A stretch of DNA of 63,978 nucleotides, counting the filler, from an uncultured bacterium (lineage in GTDB: Bacteria > CAYJRR01): NCBI GenBank assembly GCA_964372275.1. It is 3 parts of 3 records of this genome, joined end to end, with 100 filler letters (N's around TTAATTAATTAA, not from the genome) between each part and the next. Parts side by side here need not be neighbours in the genome. Positions count along the whole stretch, not along the records: positions 30,642 to 60,933 come from CAYJRR010000052.1; 2 more parts are not named here. The stretch is one strand, 5' to 3'. Made by a program: the position numbers and the translations under genes. The notes below the pieces were generated by a model, which saw only the letters and a program-made list of their open reading frames with translations, searched no databases and was not told the DNA's origin. This document shows, piece after piece, positions 40,806 through 52,613 of this stretch (its first letter is position 1; every line of letters begins with the position of its first letter).

Positions 40806-41483
40806 ATGGCAGACGTGAGCGCCAGCGATGTGAAGCTCCTCCGCGAGAAGACCGGCGCGGGGATGATGGAGTGCAAGAAGGCCCTGGCCGAGTCGGCCGG
40901 CGACATGGAGAAGGCGATCGAGCACCTCCGCAAGAAGGGGCTCGCCGACGCCGCCAAGCGCGCCGGCCGCGCCACCGCCGAGGGCCTGGTCCACGCCTAC
41001 GTACATCCCGGCGGGAAGATCGGGGTGATGGTCGAGGTGAACTGCGAGACCGACTTCGTCGCCCGCAACGAGCTGTTCCAGGAGTTCGTCCGCAACGTGT
41101 CGATGCACATCGCCGCCGCCGCGCCGCAGTGGACCCGGCGGGAGGAGGTCCCGGCCCCGGTGATCGCCAAGGAACGCGAGGTGATCGCCGCGCAGGTGAT
41201 GGAGGAGAACAAGGCGAAGCCGAAGCCGCCGGCGGTGGTGGAGAAGATCGTCGACGGGAAGCTCTCGAAGTTCTTCCAGACGTTCGTTCTCCTGGAGCAG
41301 TCGTACGTGAAGGAGCCGGAGATCACCATCGAGGCCTACCTGAAGCAGGTGATCGCCAAGCTCGGCGAGAACATGGGGATCCGCCGCTTCGTTCGGTTCC
41401 AGCTGGGCGAGACCTCCTCGTCCGGGGGGGCGAACGGGCACGGCGGTCCCGCGACCGCGCCGTCGACGGAGAAACCGGCGTAG
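40806..41483 (+). CDS. tsf: translation elongation factor Ts (short type)
   Basis: VK.LREKTGAGMMECKKAL and EVNCETDFVARN. Confidence 0.99.
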   Translation: MADVSASDVKLLREKTGAGMMECKKALAESAGDMEKAIEHLRKKGLADAAKRAGRATAEGLVHAYVHPGGKIGVMVEVNCETDFVARNELFQEFVRNVSMHIAAAAPQWTRREEVPAPVIAKEREVIAAQVMEENKAKPKPPAVVEKIVDGKLSKFFQTFVLLEQSYVKEPEITIEAYLKQVIAKLGENMGIRRFVRFQLGETSSSGGANGHGGPATAPSTEKPA

Positions 41484-42239
<756 letters not shown>

Positions 42240-42256
42240 CGGGAGGGGGACCGATC

Positions 42257-42820
42257 ATGAGCGCAGGCGACCAGGCGTTGAAGGAGCTGGACAGCGCGGC
42301 GGCGAAGGCGATCGAGGCGTTCCGGGTGAAGCTTTCGCACCTGCGGACCGGCCGCGCCACCACGGCGCTTCTCGATCCGGTGAAGGTGGAGGCCTACGGA
42401 TCGACGATGCCGCTGGTGCAGATGGCGTCGCTGTCGGTGCCGGAGCCGCGCGTGATCCTGGTTCAGCCGTTCGACAAGTCGCAGATCCCGGCGATCGAGA
42501 AGGCGATCCTCTCCGCGGGGCTGGGCCTGAACCCGGCGACGCAAGGAAACGTGATCCGCGTGCCGATCCCGGCGCTGAACGAGGAACGCCGGCGCGAGCT
42601 GGCCAAGCAGGTGAAGGCGCTGGCGGAAGAGGTTCGCGTCTCGGCGCGGAACTCGCGCCGCGATGCGAACGAGATGCTGAAGAAGGCGGAGAAGTCGGGC
42701 GAGCTGTCGGCGGACGACGTGAAGAAGCTGACCGAAAAGGTCCAGAAGAAGACCGACGAGACGATCTCCAAGATCGACGAGATGACCAAGCGCAAGGAAG
42801 CCGAGGTCATGGAGGTCTAG
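42257..42820 (+). CDS. frr: ribosome recycling factor
   Basis: LRTGRA, GLNP and P.L.EERRREL.K. Confidence 0.98.
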   Translation: MSAGDQALKELDSAAAKAIEAFRVKLSHLRTGRATTALLDPVKVEAYGSTMPLVQMASLSVPEPRVILVQPFDKSQIPAIEKAILSAGLGLNPATQGNVIRVPIPALNEERRRELAKQVKALAEEVRVSARNSRRDANEMLKKAEKSGELSADDVKKLTEKVQKKTDETISKIDEMTKRKEAEVMEV

Positions 42821-42898
42821 GCGTCCTTCCGGGGCGTCTGTGGTGACGCTTGGGCGCCGGAGCGTCCTTCGCCCCGGGTTTCCTGCTAGAGTGGGCAC

Positions 42899-45220
42899 GT
42901 GGAGTCGCGTCGCGGGATCGCCGGAGCGATGCTCCTTGCGTGGCTCGCCACGGTCGCGCCTCCGTCGGCAGGTTCGGCGGCGCCCCCCGAGGGTCCGACC
43001 TTCGACGGCGCGTTGCAGGCGCTTCGGGCGGGGGACCACGACGCGGCCCTCCGCGACCTCCGCTCGCTGCGGGAGTCCGGGAAGATCGCCGATGCCGGGG
43101 AGTTCCATTATCTGGTCGGGCGCGCCGAGCTCGCCGCCGGGCGGCCGGAGCGCGCGGTGCTGCCCCTGCGGCAGGCGTCCCGCACCTACGCCGCGCTCCC
43201 GGACTACGCCCTCTTCCATCTGGCCGAGGCGAGCCTCGCGCTCGGGGCGGCGGCGTCGACGATCGACTCCCTGGAACGCCTGCTGGTCGACCATCCGGAG
43301 AGCGTGCTCGCGCCGCGCGCGCGGCTGCTGCTGGCCGACGCGTTGGTGGTCGACGGCCGGACCGCGCGGGCGCGCGAGATCTACCGCCAGGCGATCGACA
43401 AGGGCGGGACCGGGGTGCCGGCGCACGAGCTCCGCATGCGCATCGCCGACGTGCTCGCGCGGGAGGGGGCGAAGGACGACTGCATCGCGATCTGTCTCGA
43501 CGTATGGCGAGACGCGCCCCTGTCGTCCGCCGCGGCGAGGGCGGCCTCGCGGCTCGACGAGATGGCCGTCCCGCGGCCGGTCGAGGCGCGCTACCGCCGC
43601 GCGCTCTCCCTGGGGGACGCGGGGGAGTACGCCCGCGCGCTGAAGGAGATCGACCTTCTCGACAAGACGAAACTTCCGCCCGACTGGCGGAAGCGCCGGG
43701 CGATGATCCACTTCAAGGCGCGAGACTACCCGGCGGCGCGCGCCGACCTCGAGCGATACGCGGCCGACCTCAAGCCCGGCCCGGAGAGGGCCGAGACCAC
43801 CTACTGGATCGCCCGAACCTTCGCGCGTGCCAACGACTACGCGGCGGCGAACCGCGTCTACGAGAGGCTGCGCAAGCACTATCCGGAATCGGGCTGGGCG
43901 CGGGATGCCCTCTACAAACAGGGACTGATGGCGCTGGAGGAGAAGAACCTCGCCGCCGCGGCGCGCAACTTCGAGCTCTACGCCACCCTCTATCCGACCG
44001 GGAGCGACGTCGACGAAGCGATCTGGTACGCCGGATGGTCGCAACACCGGATGCGGAAGTACCTCACCGCCGAGGCGACCTTCCGCAAGCTCGTGGAGCG
44101 CTATCCGCGGTCGCAGCTCGTTCCGCGCGCGCTCTACTGGACAGGGCGCGGCCAGATCCTCGCCGGCCGGCGCGAGGCGGGGGTGGCGACCCTGTCGGCG
44201 CTGGCGCGCGACCAGAAGCTGACCTACTACGGAATGCTCGCCGCCGGTGGGCTCGCGGAGGCAGGCGAAACCTCACTCCAGGGGGTGAAGGGCGAGCCGG
44301 CGCCGGCCGCGGCGGCGGCGGCCACCTCCGGCCCGTCGAGCGACGAGGCGCCGGGTCCGGCCTCCGCCCCAGCCGCTCCGCCGGCCGCGTCCGACCAGGT
44401 GCGGCCCACGGGCTCCGCCGCCTTTCGCTTCCACGAGTCGCGCGCGCGCGAGCTGGTGCGCCTGGGTTTCCTCGCCGAAGCGCCCCTCGAACTGTCGGCG
44501 GCACGGGACGCCGCGATCACGCGCGAACAGAAGCTCGACCTCGCCCACCTTTCGATCGCCGCGGAGTACTTCCACGGAGCGTTGAACATCGTCCGCACCA
44601 CCCTGCCCGCCGAGCTCGAAAGCTCCGCCGGGGACGGCGAGATCTACCGGCTCGCCTACCCCCGCGCCTACGAGCGATGGGTGACCTCCGTTTCGGCGCA
44701 GTACCGGTACTCCCCCAGCGTTCTGTGGGCGATCATGCGCGAGGAGAGCACCTTCCGCCCGGAGGTCGTCTCGCCGGTCGGCGCGATCGGCCTGCTTCAG
44801 ATCATGCCCTACACCGGCGAGGAGATCGCCGCCGGGCTCGGCGTGAAGGGCTTCACGCCGGACCGTCTCTACGAGCCCGAGACGAACATCGGCTTCTCGG
44901 CGTGGTACGTGCGGAAACTGATCGCGAAGTACGGAGGAAACGAGGCGCTGGCGATCGCCGGCTACAACGCCGGACCGGAGGCGGTCGACCGCTGGTTGAA
45001 GCAACGAGGCGACCTCTCGCTCGACGAGTTCATCGAGGAGATCCCCTATACCGAGACGCGGCGCTACGTGAAACGGGTGCTGATGTCGTACGGCATCTAC
45101 GAAGCGCTCTACGGGAAAGGGGTCCCGCGGATCCGCGCCGCCCGACAGGTCGAGCGCGCCTCTCTGGTCGGCAGCTCGCGCGATCCGGCCGCCGAGGACG
45201 GCGCCATGGCCGCGCCGTGA
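42899..45220 (+). CDS. TPR-containing soluble lytic transglycosylase (Slt70-like)
   Basis: IMREES, GAIGLLQIMP, AGYNAGP and EIPY.ETR.YV; N-terminal TPR-like helices. Confidence 0.92.
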   Translation: MESRRGIAGAMLLAWLATVAPPSAGSAAPPEGPTFDGALQALRAGDHDAALRDLRSLRESGKIADAGEFHYLVGRAELAAGRPERAVLPLRQASRTYAALPDYALFHLAEASLALGAAASTIDSLERLLVDHPESVLAPRARLLLADALVVDGRTARAREIYRQAIDKGGTGVPAHELRMRIADVLAREGAKDDCIAICLDVWRDAPLSSAAARAASRLDEMAVPRPVEARYRRALSLGDAGEYARALKEIDLLDKTKLPPDWRKRRAMIHFKARDYPAARADLERYAADLKPGPERAETTYWIARTFARANDYAAANRVYERLRKHYPESGWARDALYKQGLMALEEKNLAAAARNFELYATLYPTGSDVDEAIWYAGWSQHRMRKYLTAEATFRKLVERYPRSQLVPRALYWTGRGQILAGRREAGVATLSALARDQKLTYYGMLAAGGLAEAGETSLQGVKGEPAPAAAAAATSGPSSDEAPGPASAPAAPPAASDQVRPTGSAAFRFHESRARELVRLGFLAEAPLELSAARDAAITREQKLDLAHLSIAAEYFHGALNIVRTTLPAELESSAGDGEIYRLAYPRAYERWVTSVSAQYRYSPSVLWAIMREESTFRPEVVSPVGAIGLLQIMPYTGEEIAAGLGVKGFTPDRLYEPETNIGFSAWYVRKLIAKYGGNEALAIAGYNAGPEAVDRWLKQRGDLSLDEFIEEIPYTETRRYVKRVLMSYGIYEALYGKGVPRIRAARQVERASLVGSSRDPAAEDGAMAAP

Positions 45221-46572
45221 CGGGCGCCGCGCCGCGCGTCGCCGTGCTGCTCGCGGCCGTCGGCGTGGCGGCGATGCTCGGCGCCTCCGCGGCCGGGAGA
45301 TCGCCGGACGGCGCGTTGCCGTCGGCTCCGCGCGCCGGAAAAGGAGGCCGCTCGACGGGCGCCACGTCGAGGCCGGCCACCAAGCCGGCGGCCCGCAAGG
45401 CGTCTCCGACGCCCGACCCGACACCGACGCCGGAGCCCGAGCGCACACCCGATCCGCGCGCCCGGTCCGGGACGGCCGAAGACGGCCTGACCTGGCGCGT
45501 GCGCGGATACCGGATCCCGGTCGGCGTCTGGCCGAAGGCGATCCGCATCGCGCCCGACGGAAAGGCCGCCTACGTCACCAACTTTGACTCCGAATCGATC
45601 TCCGTCGTCGACCTCCCGGCGCAGCGCGTGACGCGCACCGTCGACCTCGGGGACAACGCCGTCGAGGCCGACTTTAGCGGCGATGGGAAACGGCTCTACG
45701 TTTCGGGCTGGCGGCTCGACGCGTTCCATGCGATCGACCTCGCCACCTTCGCCGTCTCCCGGATCGCGGTCGGCGACAAACCGAAAGGGGTCACCACCAG
45801 CCCCGACGGGAAGTGGGTCTACGTCGCCAACTGGGCGAGCGATTCGATCTCGGTGATCGACGCCGCGGCGAACACGGTGGTGGCGTCGATCGCCGTCGGG
45901 CACGTCCCGCGCTGGATCGCCGTCTCGCGCGACGGCCGGATCGGCGTCGTCGCCAACTTCCGCGGCAAGAGCGTCTCGGTCGTCGACCTCGTCGCACGCA
46001 CGGAGACCGCGCGGGTGGAGGGGATCGAAAACCCGCGGCACGTCGTCCTCGCGCCCGACGACGCCACCGCTTACGTCACCGACCGTGAAGCCGGAAGGGT
46101 CCACGCCGTCGACCTGCGCGCGCGGGCCGTGCGGTGGAGCCTCGCCGTCGGCGACCGACCGAAGACGCTCGACCTCACCGGCGACGGCCGCTACGCCTTC
46201 GTCGCCAACTACGGCTCGAACGACGTCAGCGTCATCCGGCTCGCCGACCCGAAGGTCGTGGCGACGATCCCCACCGGCGCCTCCCCCTCCGGACTCGAGC
46301 TCACCCCCGACGGTACGACCCTCTACGTCACCAACTGGTACGACTACGACCTGACCATCGTCGACCTCGCCTACCCCGGCGGTCCGGGCGCGCTACCCGC
46401 GATGACCGTGCCGCCGCCAGGTTCCCGCCCTCTGCATCCCGACGGAACGATTTCACCGACGATCCTCCCCGCCCTCTCCGCAACCCCGACTCCCCGTTCC
46501 TCTCCCTCTCCCGTCCCCTTCACGGCTCCGACTCCCTCTCCATTCCCTTCCCCTTCCCGCCCCCCCCGATGA
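45217..46572 (+). CDS. YVTN/YncE beta-propeller repeat protein
   Basis: Repeated PDG..YV.N..S..ISV.D blades; signal peptide; Pro-rich ends. Confidence 0.9.
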   Translation: MTGAAPRVAVLLAAVGVAAMLGASAAGRSPDGALPSAPRAGKGGRSTGATSRPATKPAARKASPTPDPTPTPEPERTPDPRARSGTAEDGLTWRVRGYRIPVGVWPKAIRIAPDGKAAYVTNFDSESISVVDLPAQRVTRTVDLGDNAVEADFSGDGKRLYVSGWRLDAFHAIDLATFAVSRIAVGDKPKGVTTSPDGKWVYVANWASDSISVIDAAANTVVASIAVGHVPRWIAVSRDGRIGVVANFRGKSVSVVDLVARTETARVEGIENPRHVVLAPDDATAYVTDREAGRVHAVDLRARAVRWSLAVGDRPKTLDLTGDGRYAFVANYGSNDVSVIRLADPKVVATIPTGASPSGLELTPDGTTLYVTNWYDYDLTIVDLAYPGGPGALPAMTVPPPGSRPLHPDGTISPTILPALSATPTPRSSPSPVPFTAPTPSPFPSPSRPPR

Positions 46573-46859
46573 CCCCCGCCCTCGAGCGCCCGCCCTACGC
46601 CCGCGCCGCCCTCCTCTACGCCCTCGTCCTCCCTCTCGCCGAGTTCCTGCTCCTCCCCGTCGCCCCCTCGCTCTTCCGCGCCATGCTCGTCGCCGATGCC
46701 GCCACCGGATGGCTGGTCGTCGCCGTCTCGATCCAGGCGCTCCGCGCGGTCCCGTACCCTCCCCCCACCCGCTGGGTCGTCCTCACGTCGATGGTGATCG
46801 GACATTGGCTCGCCGCCGTCCTCGGCGCCGCGTTCGTCGTCGCCACGTCCGGCGGTTGA
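46569..46859 (+). CDS. small membrane protein
   Basis: ATGA overlap; three hydrophobic segments. Confidence 0.55.
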   Translation: MTPALERPPYARAALLYALVLPLAEFLLLPVAPSLFRAMLVADAATGWLVVAVSIQALRAVPYPPPTRWVVLTSMVIGHWLAAVLGAAFVVATSGG

Positions 46860-46860
46860 A

Positions 46861-47853
46861 TCAGTGGACCATGCCGATCTCGGACCACGACGGGCCCTCG
46901 ACCTGGATCGTCGAGTGGTCGATGCCGAAACGGTCGTGCAGGACCGTCTTCGCGGCGGTGAGGATCGCGTCCCGTTCGGCATCGGTCACGCCGTCGGCGA
47001 TCGAGACGTGGCAGGAGAAGGCGAACATGCCGGAGGTGATCGTCCAGATGTGGATGTCGTGGACGTCGCGCACGCCGTGGATCTCCTCGATCGAGCGGCG
47101 GACCGAGTCGATCTCGAAACCGAGCGGGATCCCCTCCAGCAGGATGTCGACCGCCTCTTTGATCAACCCCCAGGCGTTCACCACGATCATTCCGGCCAGC
47201 AGGATCGAGAGCGCGGCGTCGATCCACATCCGGCCGGTGAGCAGGATCGAGACGCCACCCACCACGACCGCGACCGAGGAGAGCAGGTCGCCGAGCACGT
47301 GGAGGAACGCGCCGCGCACGGGCAAGGAGCCTCGCACCCGGGCGAGCAGCGCCATCGAGGCCACGTTCGCGGCCAGACCGATCGCCGCGATCCACAGCAT
47401 CGTCGGGACGTCGATCGCCGCCGGATTGCGGAACCGTTCCCAGGCCTCCCGCACGATGAAGAAGGCCACCAGCGTCAGGAGCGCGCCGTTGGCCAGCGCC
47501 GACAGGATCTCGAGCCGGTAGTAGCCCCAGGTCCGCCGCGAGTCGACGGGACGGGTGGCGATCGCGATCCCGGCCGCGGAGATCCCGAGCGCCACCAGGT
47601 CGGCGAACATGTGCGCCGCGTCGGACTGCAGCGCGAGCGATCGGGAGACGATCCCGCCCACCAGCTCCGCCACGAACACCACCGCGGTGATCGCCAGGGC
47701 GGCGAACAGCCCCGAGCGTTCCTTCCGCCGGCGTGCCAAGTCGACCGAGACGCCTTGGCACTCGTGGGCCGGAAGCTCGCAATGGGGCTGGGGTCCGGAG
47801 GCGCCACCGCGTGGGCCGTGGTCGTGCGCCCCGTGACTATGGGAAGACCCCAT
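46861..47853 (-). CDS. cation diffusion facilitator (CzcD/ZitB-like)
   Basis: SLAL.SDAAHM.AD, GAFLHVLGD and VHDIHIW; His-rich N-terminus. Confidence 0.95.
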   Translation of the reverse strand: MGSSHSHGAHDHGPRGGASGPQPHCELPAHECQGVSVDLARRRKERSGLFAALAITAVVFVAELVGGIVSRSLALQSDAAHMFADLVALGISAAGIAIATRPVDSRRTWGYYRLEILSALANGALLTLVAFFIVREAWERFRNPAAIDVPTMLWIAAIGLAANVASMALLARVRGSLPVRGAFLHVLGDLLSSVAVVVGGVSILLTGRMWIDAALSILLAGMIVVNAWGLIKEAVDILLEGIPLGFEIDSVRRSIEEIHGVRDVHDIHIWTITSGMFAFSCHVSIADGVTDAERDAILTAAKTVLHDRFGIDHSTIQVEGPSWSEIGMVH

Positions 47854-48008
47854 CGATCTCCAATCTACGATCCTGCCCCGAGGCACACAAGCCATGCCCC
47901 TGTGACGGGTGCCACGCCGCGCGAAGCGCCCGTGCGGTCGGTGGACTTCGCCAGGCGCATCCTGTACGTTGAAAGGACGTTCGCGGCACATCCGTGGGGG
48001 ATCCTTCG

Positions 48009-48830
48009 ATGGAGCTTCGCACCCGAATCGCCAGGGCGTTCCGGACCTCCGCACCCGCCGTGGTGGCGGGGATCGCGCTGTTCGGCGCCGCCTGCGCCAA
48101 CATCATCGACCGCATCACTGCCGACGTGGTGGCCGAGGGGATCCTCCTGCAGATCGGGGATCCGTTCGGACTGACCGACCCGAAGACCGGGATCGTCCTG
48201 TCGCTGGCATCGCTCGAGGGCGGCGTCACCAATCCCAGGGCCGATCCGCTCGCCGGCGCGACCGTGACGCTGACCGCGGACGACGGGCTCCCCGATGCGG
48301 GGGTGACCGTTCCGGAGGCGGACCCCGGCGTCTACACCGGCACCGCGGGCACGGGCGGAATGCCGAGCTTTGCCTACACCTCGGGCGCGATCTACACCAT
48401 CACCGTCGACGTGCCCGACGGCGATTTCGAGGACACCTACACCATCACGGTGACGGCGCCGGAGTCGACGCAGGTCGACGGGCTCCCCGATACGCTCGGA
48501 GGCGAGACGATCGACGTCGGAGACGACCTGGTGCTGACGCTCCAAGGATCGTTCGACAAGGGGATCGTGCTGGTGGTGGCGTCGGGCGGACAGATCGTCT
48601 ACGACAACCGTCCCGACACGCCGCAGGAGGCGGTCGACTTCGCCTTGAGCGAGTTCGACGGTGAGATCACCATCCCCGGCTCGGCCTTCGCCGATGCGAA
48701 CAAGCTCTACGGGATCGCGATCGCCGGGTTGGTGTCGGCGGGGACGGAGGGGATCTCGCCCAACCTCCACCTGGTCAGCGCCTTCTACGCCGGCTCAGCA
48801 ACGACGGCGCTCGTCCGAACCGCGCCGTAA
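48009..48830 (+). CDS. hypothetical lipoprotein (beta-rich, DUF4249-like)
   Basis: Lipobox AAC; GATVTL...PGVY pattern. Confidence 0.7.
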   Translation: MELRTRIARAFRTSAPAVVAGIALFGAACANIIDRITADVVAEGILLQIGDPFGLTDPKTGIVLSLASLEGGVTNPRADPLAGATVTLTADDGLPDAGVTVPEADPGVYTGTAGTGGMPSFAYTSGAIYTITVDVPDGDFEDTYTITVTAPESTQVDGLPDTLGGETIDVGDDLVLTLQGSFDKGIVLVVASGGQIVYDNRPDTPQEAVDFALSEFDGEITIPGSAFADANKLYGIAIAGLVSAGTEGISPNLHLVSAFYAGSATTALVRTAP

Positions 48831-48893
48831 CGCCAGCGGGGAACGGAGCCGGAACGGAGTCGGAAGGGAACGCGGCAGAGGGCGCACGCTAGA

Positions 48894-48919
48894 AACCCCA
48901 GGGGAGATCCCCTGGGGTT
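48894..48919 (-). terminator. intrinsic terminator of hup (possibly bidirectional)
   Basis: AACCCCAGGGGA/TCCCCTGGGGTT inverted repeat running into TTTCT on the minus strand. Confidence 0.75.
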
Positions 48920-48940
48920 CCCTGTTCGGATCGGCTCTCG

Positions 48941-49213
48941 TTAGCGGACCGCGGCGCGCAGCGCCTTCCCGGCCTTGAACTTCGGAACTCTCGCGGCGGG
49001 GATGGTGATCGGCTTCTTGGTCTGCGGATTGAGGCCCTTGCGCGCCTTCCGCTTGGAGACCTGCCACGTGCCGAAGCCGGTCAGGGTGATCTTGTCCCCC
49101 TTCTTGAGCGTCTTCTGGACGTTGTTCGTGAAGGAGTTGAGCGCCTTCTCGGCGGCAATCTTCGTGATCTCCGCTTCGTCGGCGATGATGTCGATCAGCT
49201 CGGCCTTCGTCAT
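48941..49213 (-). CDS. hup: HU family DNA-binding protein
   Basis: MTKAELI, GFGT, RKAR.G.NP.T and PKFKAGK. Confidence 0.97.
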   Translation of the reverse strand: MTKAELIDIIADEAEITKIAAEKALNSFTNNVQKTLKKGDKITLTGFGTWQVSKRKARKGLNPQTKKPITIPAARVPKFKAGKALRAAVR

Positions 49214-49290
49214 GTCGGTGGTCCCTCCTAAGGACGCTTTCGTGTTCGCGTCGTTCCCGCAGAGCCGCTTTGGATGCGGCGACGAGGGGG

Positions 49291-49321
49291 ATTCATAGGG
49301 GTTCGTCCCGACCGGTGTCAA
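49291..49321 (-). promoter_or_regulatory. sigma70 promoter of hup (TTGACA-18-TATGAAT)
   Basis: Perfect -35 hexamer. Confidence 0.65.
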
Positions 49322-49364
49322 TACGAATTCGTTGGTGACTCGCGTCTTGGTACGCTCGTCCACG

Positions 49365-49919
49365 ATGCGCGTGATCGCCGGGACCGCGAAGGGTCGTCCG
49401 CTCTCTTGTCCGAGAGGGTCTCGCGTGCGGCCGACCTCGGACAAGGTGCGCGGCGCCGTCTTCAATATCCTCGCCGGCGGCGACGAGCGTCGCTTCGCGG
49501 GCGCGCGTGTGCTCGATCTGTTCGCGGGGACGGGGGCTTTGGGGATCGAGGCGCTCTCCCGCGGCGCGAAGTCCGCGGTCTTTCTGGAGACGGACGGGCG
49601 GGCGCTGGACGCGCTGCGCGACAACCTCCGGCGGACGGGATTCGAAGGGTCCGCGCGCGCGCTCCGCCGCGATGCGGAACGGGACCTCGGCGATCTCGGA
49701 CGCTTCGACCTGGTCTTCGTCGACCCTCCCTACGCGCTCGTGCCGCGTAGCCGCGCGATCGCATCGCTCCCCGGTCTGCTCGCGCCCGGAGGGAGCGCCG
49801 TCGTCGAGCACGCGACCGATGCCGAGCCGCCCACGCCGGCGGGGCTTGCCGCCGTCGACCGTCGCCGTTACGGTTCCACCGGCGTGACCTTCTACGCGCG
49901 CGAAGGAGCGGACCGATGA
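49365..49919 (+). CDS. rsmD: 16S rRNA m2G966 methyltransferase RsmD
   Basis: [32 protein letters not shown] and DPPY. Confidence 0.95.
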   Translation: MRVIAGTAKGRPLSCPRGSRVRPTSDKVRGAVFNILAGGDERRFAGARVLDLFAGTGALGIEALSRGAKSAVFLETDGRALDALRDNLRRTGFEGSARALRRDAERDLGDLGRFDLVFVDPPYALVPRSRAIASLPGLLAPGGSAVVEHATDAEPPTPAGLAAVDRRRYGSTGVTFYAREGADR

Positions 49920-50410
49920 CCCGCACCGCAATCTACCCAGGCTCCTTCGACCCGCTGACCCTCGGGCATTTGAACCTCATCCACCGCGGGCTCGACACCT
50001 TCGATCGGCTGATCGTGGCGGTAGTCGCCAATCCCAACAAGAAACCGCTCTTCACGGTGGAAGAGCGCAAGTCGATGATTCGCGAATCGGTCGGTCGGGA
50101 CCCGCGGGTGGAGGTCGACGCGTTCGAGGGTCTGCTCGTCGACTACGTCGCGAAGAAGAAGACCAACATCGTGCTGCGTGGACTGCGCGCCGCGCAGGAC
50201 TTCGAGTACGAGTTCGAGATGGCGATGATGAATCGCCGACTCCGGCCCGACCTGGAGATCGTCTTCCTGATGACCGACGACGCCTTCTTCTACATCTCGG
50301 CCACCATGGTGCGCGAGGTGGCGCGGCTCGGAGGAGACGTCCGCCCGTTCGTCCCGCCGGCGGTGCGCCGCCACTTGAAAGCAACAATGCGAAAGGGAGG
50401 ACGCCCGTGA
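49916..50410 (+). CDS. coaD: pantetheine-phosphate adenylyltransferase
   Basis: YPGSFDP.T.GH and RGLR...DFEYE. Confidence 0.98.
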   Translation: MTRTAIYPGSFDPLTLGHLNLIHRGLDTFDRLIVAVVANPNKKPLFTVEERKSMIRESVGRDPRVEVDAFEGLLVDYVAKKKTNIVLRGLRAAQDFEYEFEMAMMNRRLRPDLEIVFLMTDDAFFYISATMVREVARLGGDVRPFVPPAVRRHLKATMRKGGRP

Positions 50411-51609
50411 CGATCCGGATCTCGCAGCGCGCCGCCGCGCTGAAGCCGTCGGCCACGCTGGCGATTGACGCCAAGGCCAAGGAGATGATCGCAAAGGGGG
50501 TCGACGTGGTGAACCTCGGCGCCGGCGAACCCGACTTCCCGACGCCGGAGCCGATCCGCGAGGCGGGGATCGCCGCCATCCGCGAGGGCTACACCAAGTA
50601 CACCCCGGTCGGCGGCGCGATCGAGCTCCGCAAGGCGATCGCCGAGGCGCTCCGGCGCGACCAGGGTCTCGCCTACGATCCCGCGACCGAGATCCTCGTC
50701 TCCTGCGGAGCGAAGCACTCCCTCTTCAACGTCTTCCTCTCCCTGCTCGACCCCGGGGACGAGGTGATCCTGCCGGCCCCCTACTGGGTGAGCTACCCCG
50801 ACATGATTGGCCTCGCCGGCGCGAAGGCGGTGATCGTGCCGTCGTCGCCGGCGAACGGCTTCGTCCCCGATCCGGCGGACGTCTCCAACGCGTGCGGTCC
50901 GCGGACGCGGATGCTGTGCCTCAACTCCCCGTCGAACCCGACCGGCGCCGCCTACCCGCGGGAATTCGTATCCGCGATGGTCGAGATCGCGACGAAGCGC
51001 GACCTTCTGATCGTCTCCGACGAGATCTACCGCGACATCGTCTACGACGGCTTCCGCTGCGTCTCGCCGGCGGAGATCTCGGACGAAGGGCGGCGCCGGA
51101 CGATCCTGGTCAACGGCGCGTCCAAGACCTACGCCATGACCGGTTGGCGTATCGGCTACACGGCGGCCCACCCCGACGTGATCAAGGCGATGGGGACTCT
51201 GCAAGGGCAGTCGACCTCGAACCCCACGTCGATCGCGCAGCGCGCCGCCGCCGCCGCCTTCCTCGCGCCGAGGGAGCTGGTTCGGGGCATGGTCGCCGAG
51301 TTCGCCGCGCGGATGGAGTTGGTGGTCGGGGGCCTGAACGCCATCCCCGGCGTCTCCTGTCCCCGGCCGCGGGGCGCGTTCTACGTCTTCCCGGACGTGA
51401 GCCGCTTCTACGGAAAGCGGCACAGCGGCGCGACGATCTCCGACTCCGGCGCGATGGCGGCCTACCTGCTCGAAGCCGGAAGGGTCGCCGCCGTCGCCGG
51501 GGCGCCGTTCGGCGCCGACCGCCACCTTCGCATCAGCTTCGCCACCTCCCGCGCCAATCTGGAGAAGGCGGTCGCGCGCATCGGCGACGCTCTAGGCGCG
51601 CTCTCGTAG
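50407..51609 (+). CDS. PLP-dependent class I/II aminotransferase (aspartate aminotransferase-like)
   Basis: [18 protein letters not shown] and [12 protein letters not shown]. Confidence 0.95.
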   Translation: MTIRISQRAAALKPSATLAIDAKAKEMIAKGVDVVNLGAGEPDFPTPEPIREAGIAAIREGYTKYTPVGGAIELRKAIAEALRRDQGLAYDPATEILVSCGAKHSLFNVFLSLLDPGDEVILPAPYWVSYPDMIGLAGAKAVIVPSSPANGFVPDPADVSNACGPRTRMLCLNSPSNPTGAAYPREFVSAMVEIATKRDLLIVSDEIYRDIVYDGFRCVSPAEISDEGRRRTILVNGASKTYAMTGWRIGYTAAHPDVIKAMGTLQGQSTSNPTSIAQRAAAAAFLAPRELVRGMVAEFAARMELVVGGLNAIPGVSCPRPRGAFYVFPDVSRFYGKRHSGATISDSGAMAAYLLEAGRVAAVAGAPFGADRHLRISFATSRANLEKAVARIGDALGALS

Positions 51610-51708
51610 CCCCCGGCCCGGCCCGTCCAGTTTCTTCCGTATCCCGGGCGCGAATGAGACAGCGGGGAGGCCGCCCCCCGCGGCGGAGGCGACGGGAGGT
51701 GGCGGACG

Positions 51709-52602
51709 ATGGTCGCGAGGAGAACGATTCCGGTTGGAGCGGCGCTCGCGGTGCTGGCGGCGCCCGAGATGGCGCGGACCCAGGACGACGGCACCGCATC
51801 GGCGACGGCGCCGCCCGGCATGGAGGTCGTGGTCGATCTCCAGCCGGATGGTGGTGTGACGGTCTGTGAGAAGACCTGGCTTTCCGAGATCGAGCGGGCG
51901 CAGGACCGGAAAGGGCGTTTCCGGGCGATCGCGCGCATGCACGACTGCCTCGAGGAGCACGTCGAACGGATGCGCCCACGATTGGAGACGCGGATCGCGG
52001 AGCACGACCCACGCCTCGCCGCCGAGACCGGCGAGCGGATCGGGCGTTTCCAGGACGGATTCCGGGGGCTCTGCGAGCTCGCCGCCAACACCAGCCCCAC
52101 GAGCGGTCCGGAAACCGCTGCCGTCGAGCGCCACCAGTGCATGCGAGATGCGCAGCGGTTGCTCGCGGACTTGGTGGACGAATACGTCGACGTTCCGGAG
52201 CGATCCTCTTCCGCCGTCTCCGAGGCTCGCGACGCCTATCCCGCGTGCCACGCCGCGTTCGACGTTGCCCGCGCCCGGGGGAAAACCCAGGGTCTCGACC
52301 TGCGTCAAGCCTACGCCGACCTCGTGTCGTGCATTCGCGAGGAAAACGAGTCGGCGAGCCAGCTCGCCGTCCGGAGCCTTCTCCGCATCGATCCTTCCCT
52401 CGAGTTTGACGAGGCGCAGTCACGGGTCGGACGGACGCTCGCGGAAGCGCAGATTCGTGCCGCGGCCGTCTGCACGTCGCTCGGGGCGGCACGCGGTCGC
52501 AGCGACGCCAGCGGAGCGCGCGTCCATTCGTCGGAGTGCGCGTCGAAAGTCGCCGCGGGCACGGGGGCGTTGATGCGGCGCTTCGGCCTTTGGCCCCGGT
52601 GA
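51709..52602 (+). CDS. secreted Cys-containing helical hypothetical protein
   Basis: GGAGG upstream, signal peptide, 8 Cys in a two-repeat-like arrangement. Confidence 0.65.
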   Translation: MVARRTIPVGAALAVLAAPEMARTQDDGTASATAPPGMEVVVDLQPDGGVTVCEKTWLSEIERAQDRKGRFRAIARMHDCLEEHVERMRPRLETRIAEHDPRLAAETGERIGRFQDGFRGLCELAANTSPTSGPETAAVERHQCMRDAQRLLADLVDEYVDVPERSSSAVSEARDAYPACHAAFDVARARGKTQGLDLRQAYADLVSCIREENESASQLAVRSLLRIDPSLEFDEAQSRVGRTLAEAQIRAAAVCTSLGAARGRSDASGARVHSSECASKVAAGTGALMRRFGLWPR

Positions 52603-52613
52603 GAGTCGTCCGG

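Noticed and set aside
46480..46700. Strongly pyrimidine-rich stretch
   Set aside because: Explained by the Pro/Ser tail and a Leu/Pro-rich membrane ORF
48838..48871. Short GGAACGGAG repeats after the lipoprotein gene
   Set aside because: Too short and degenerate to assign a function
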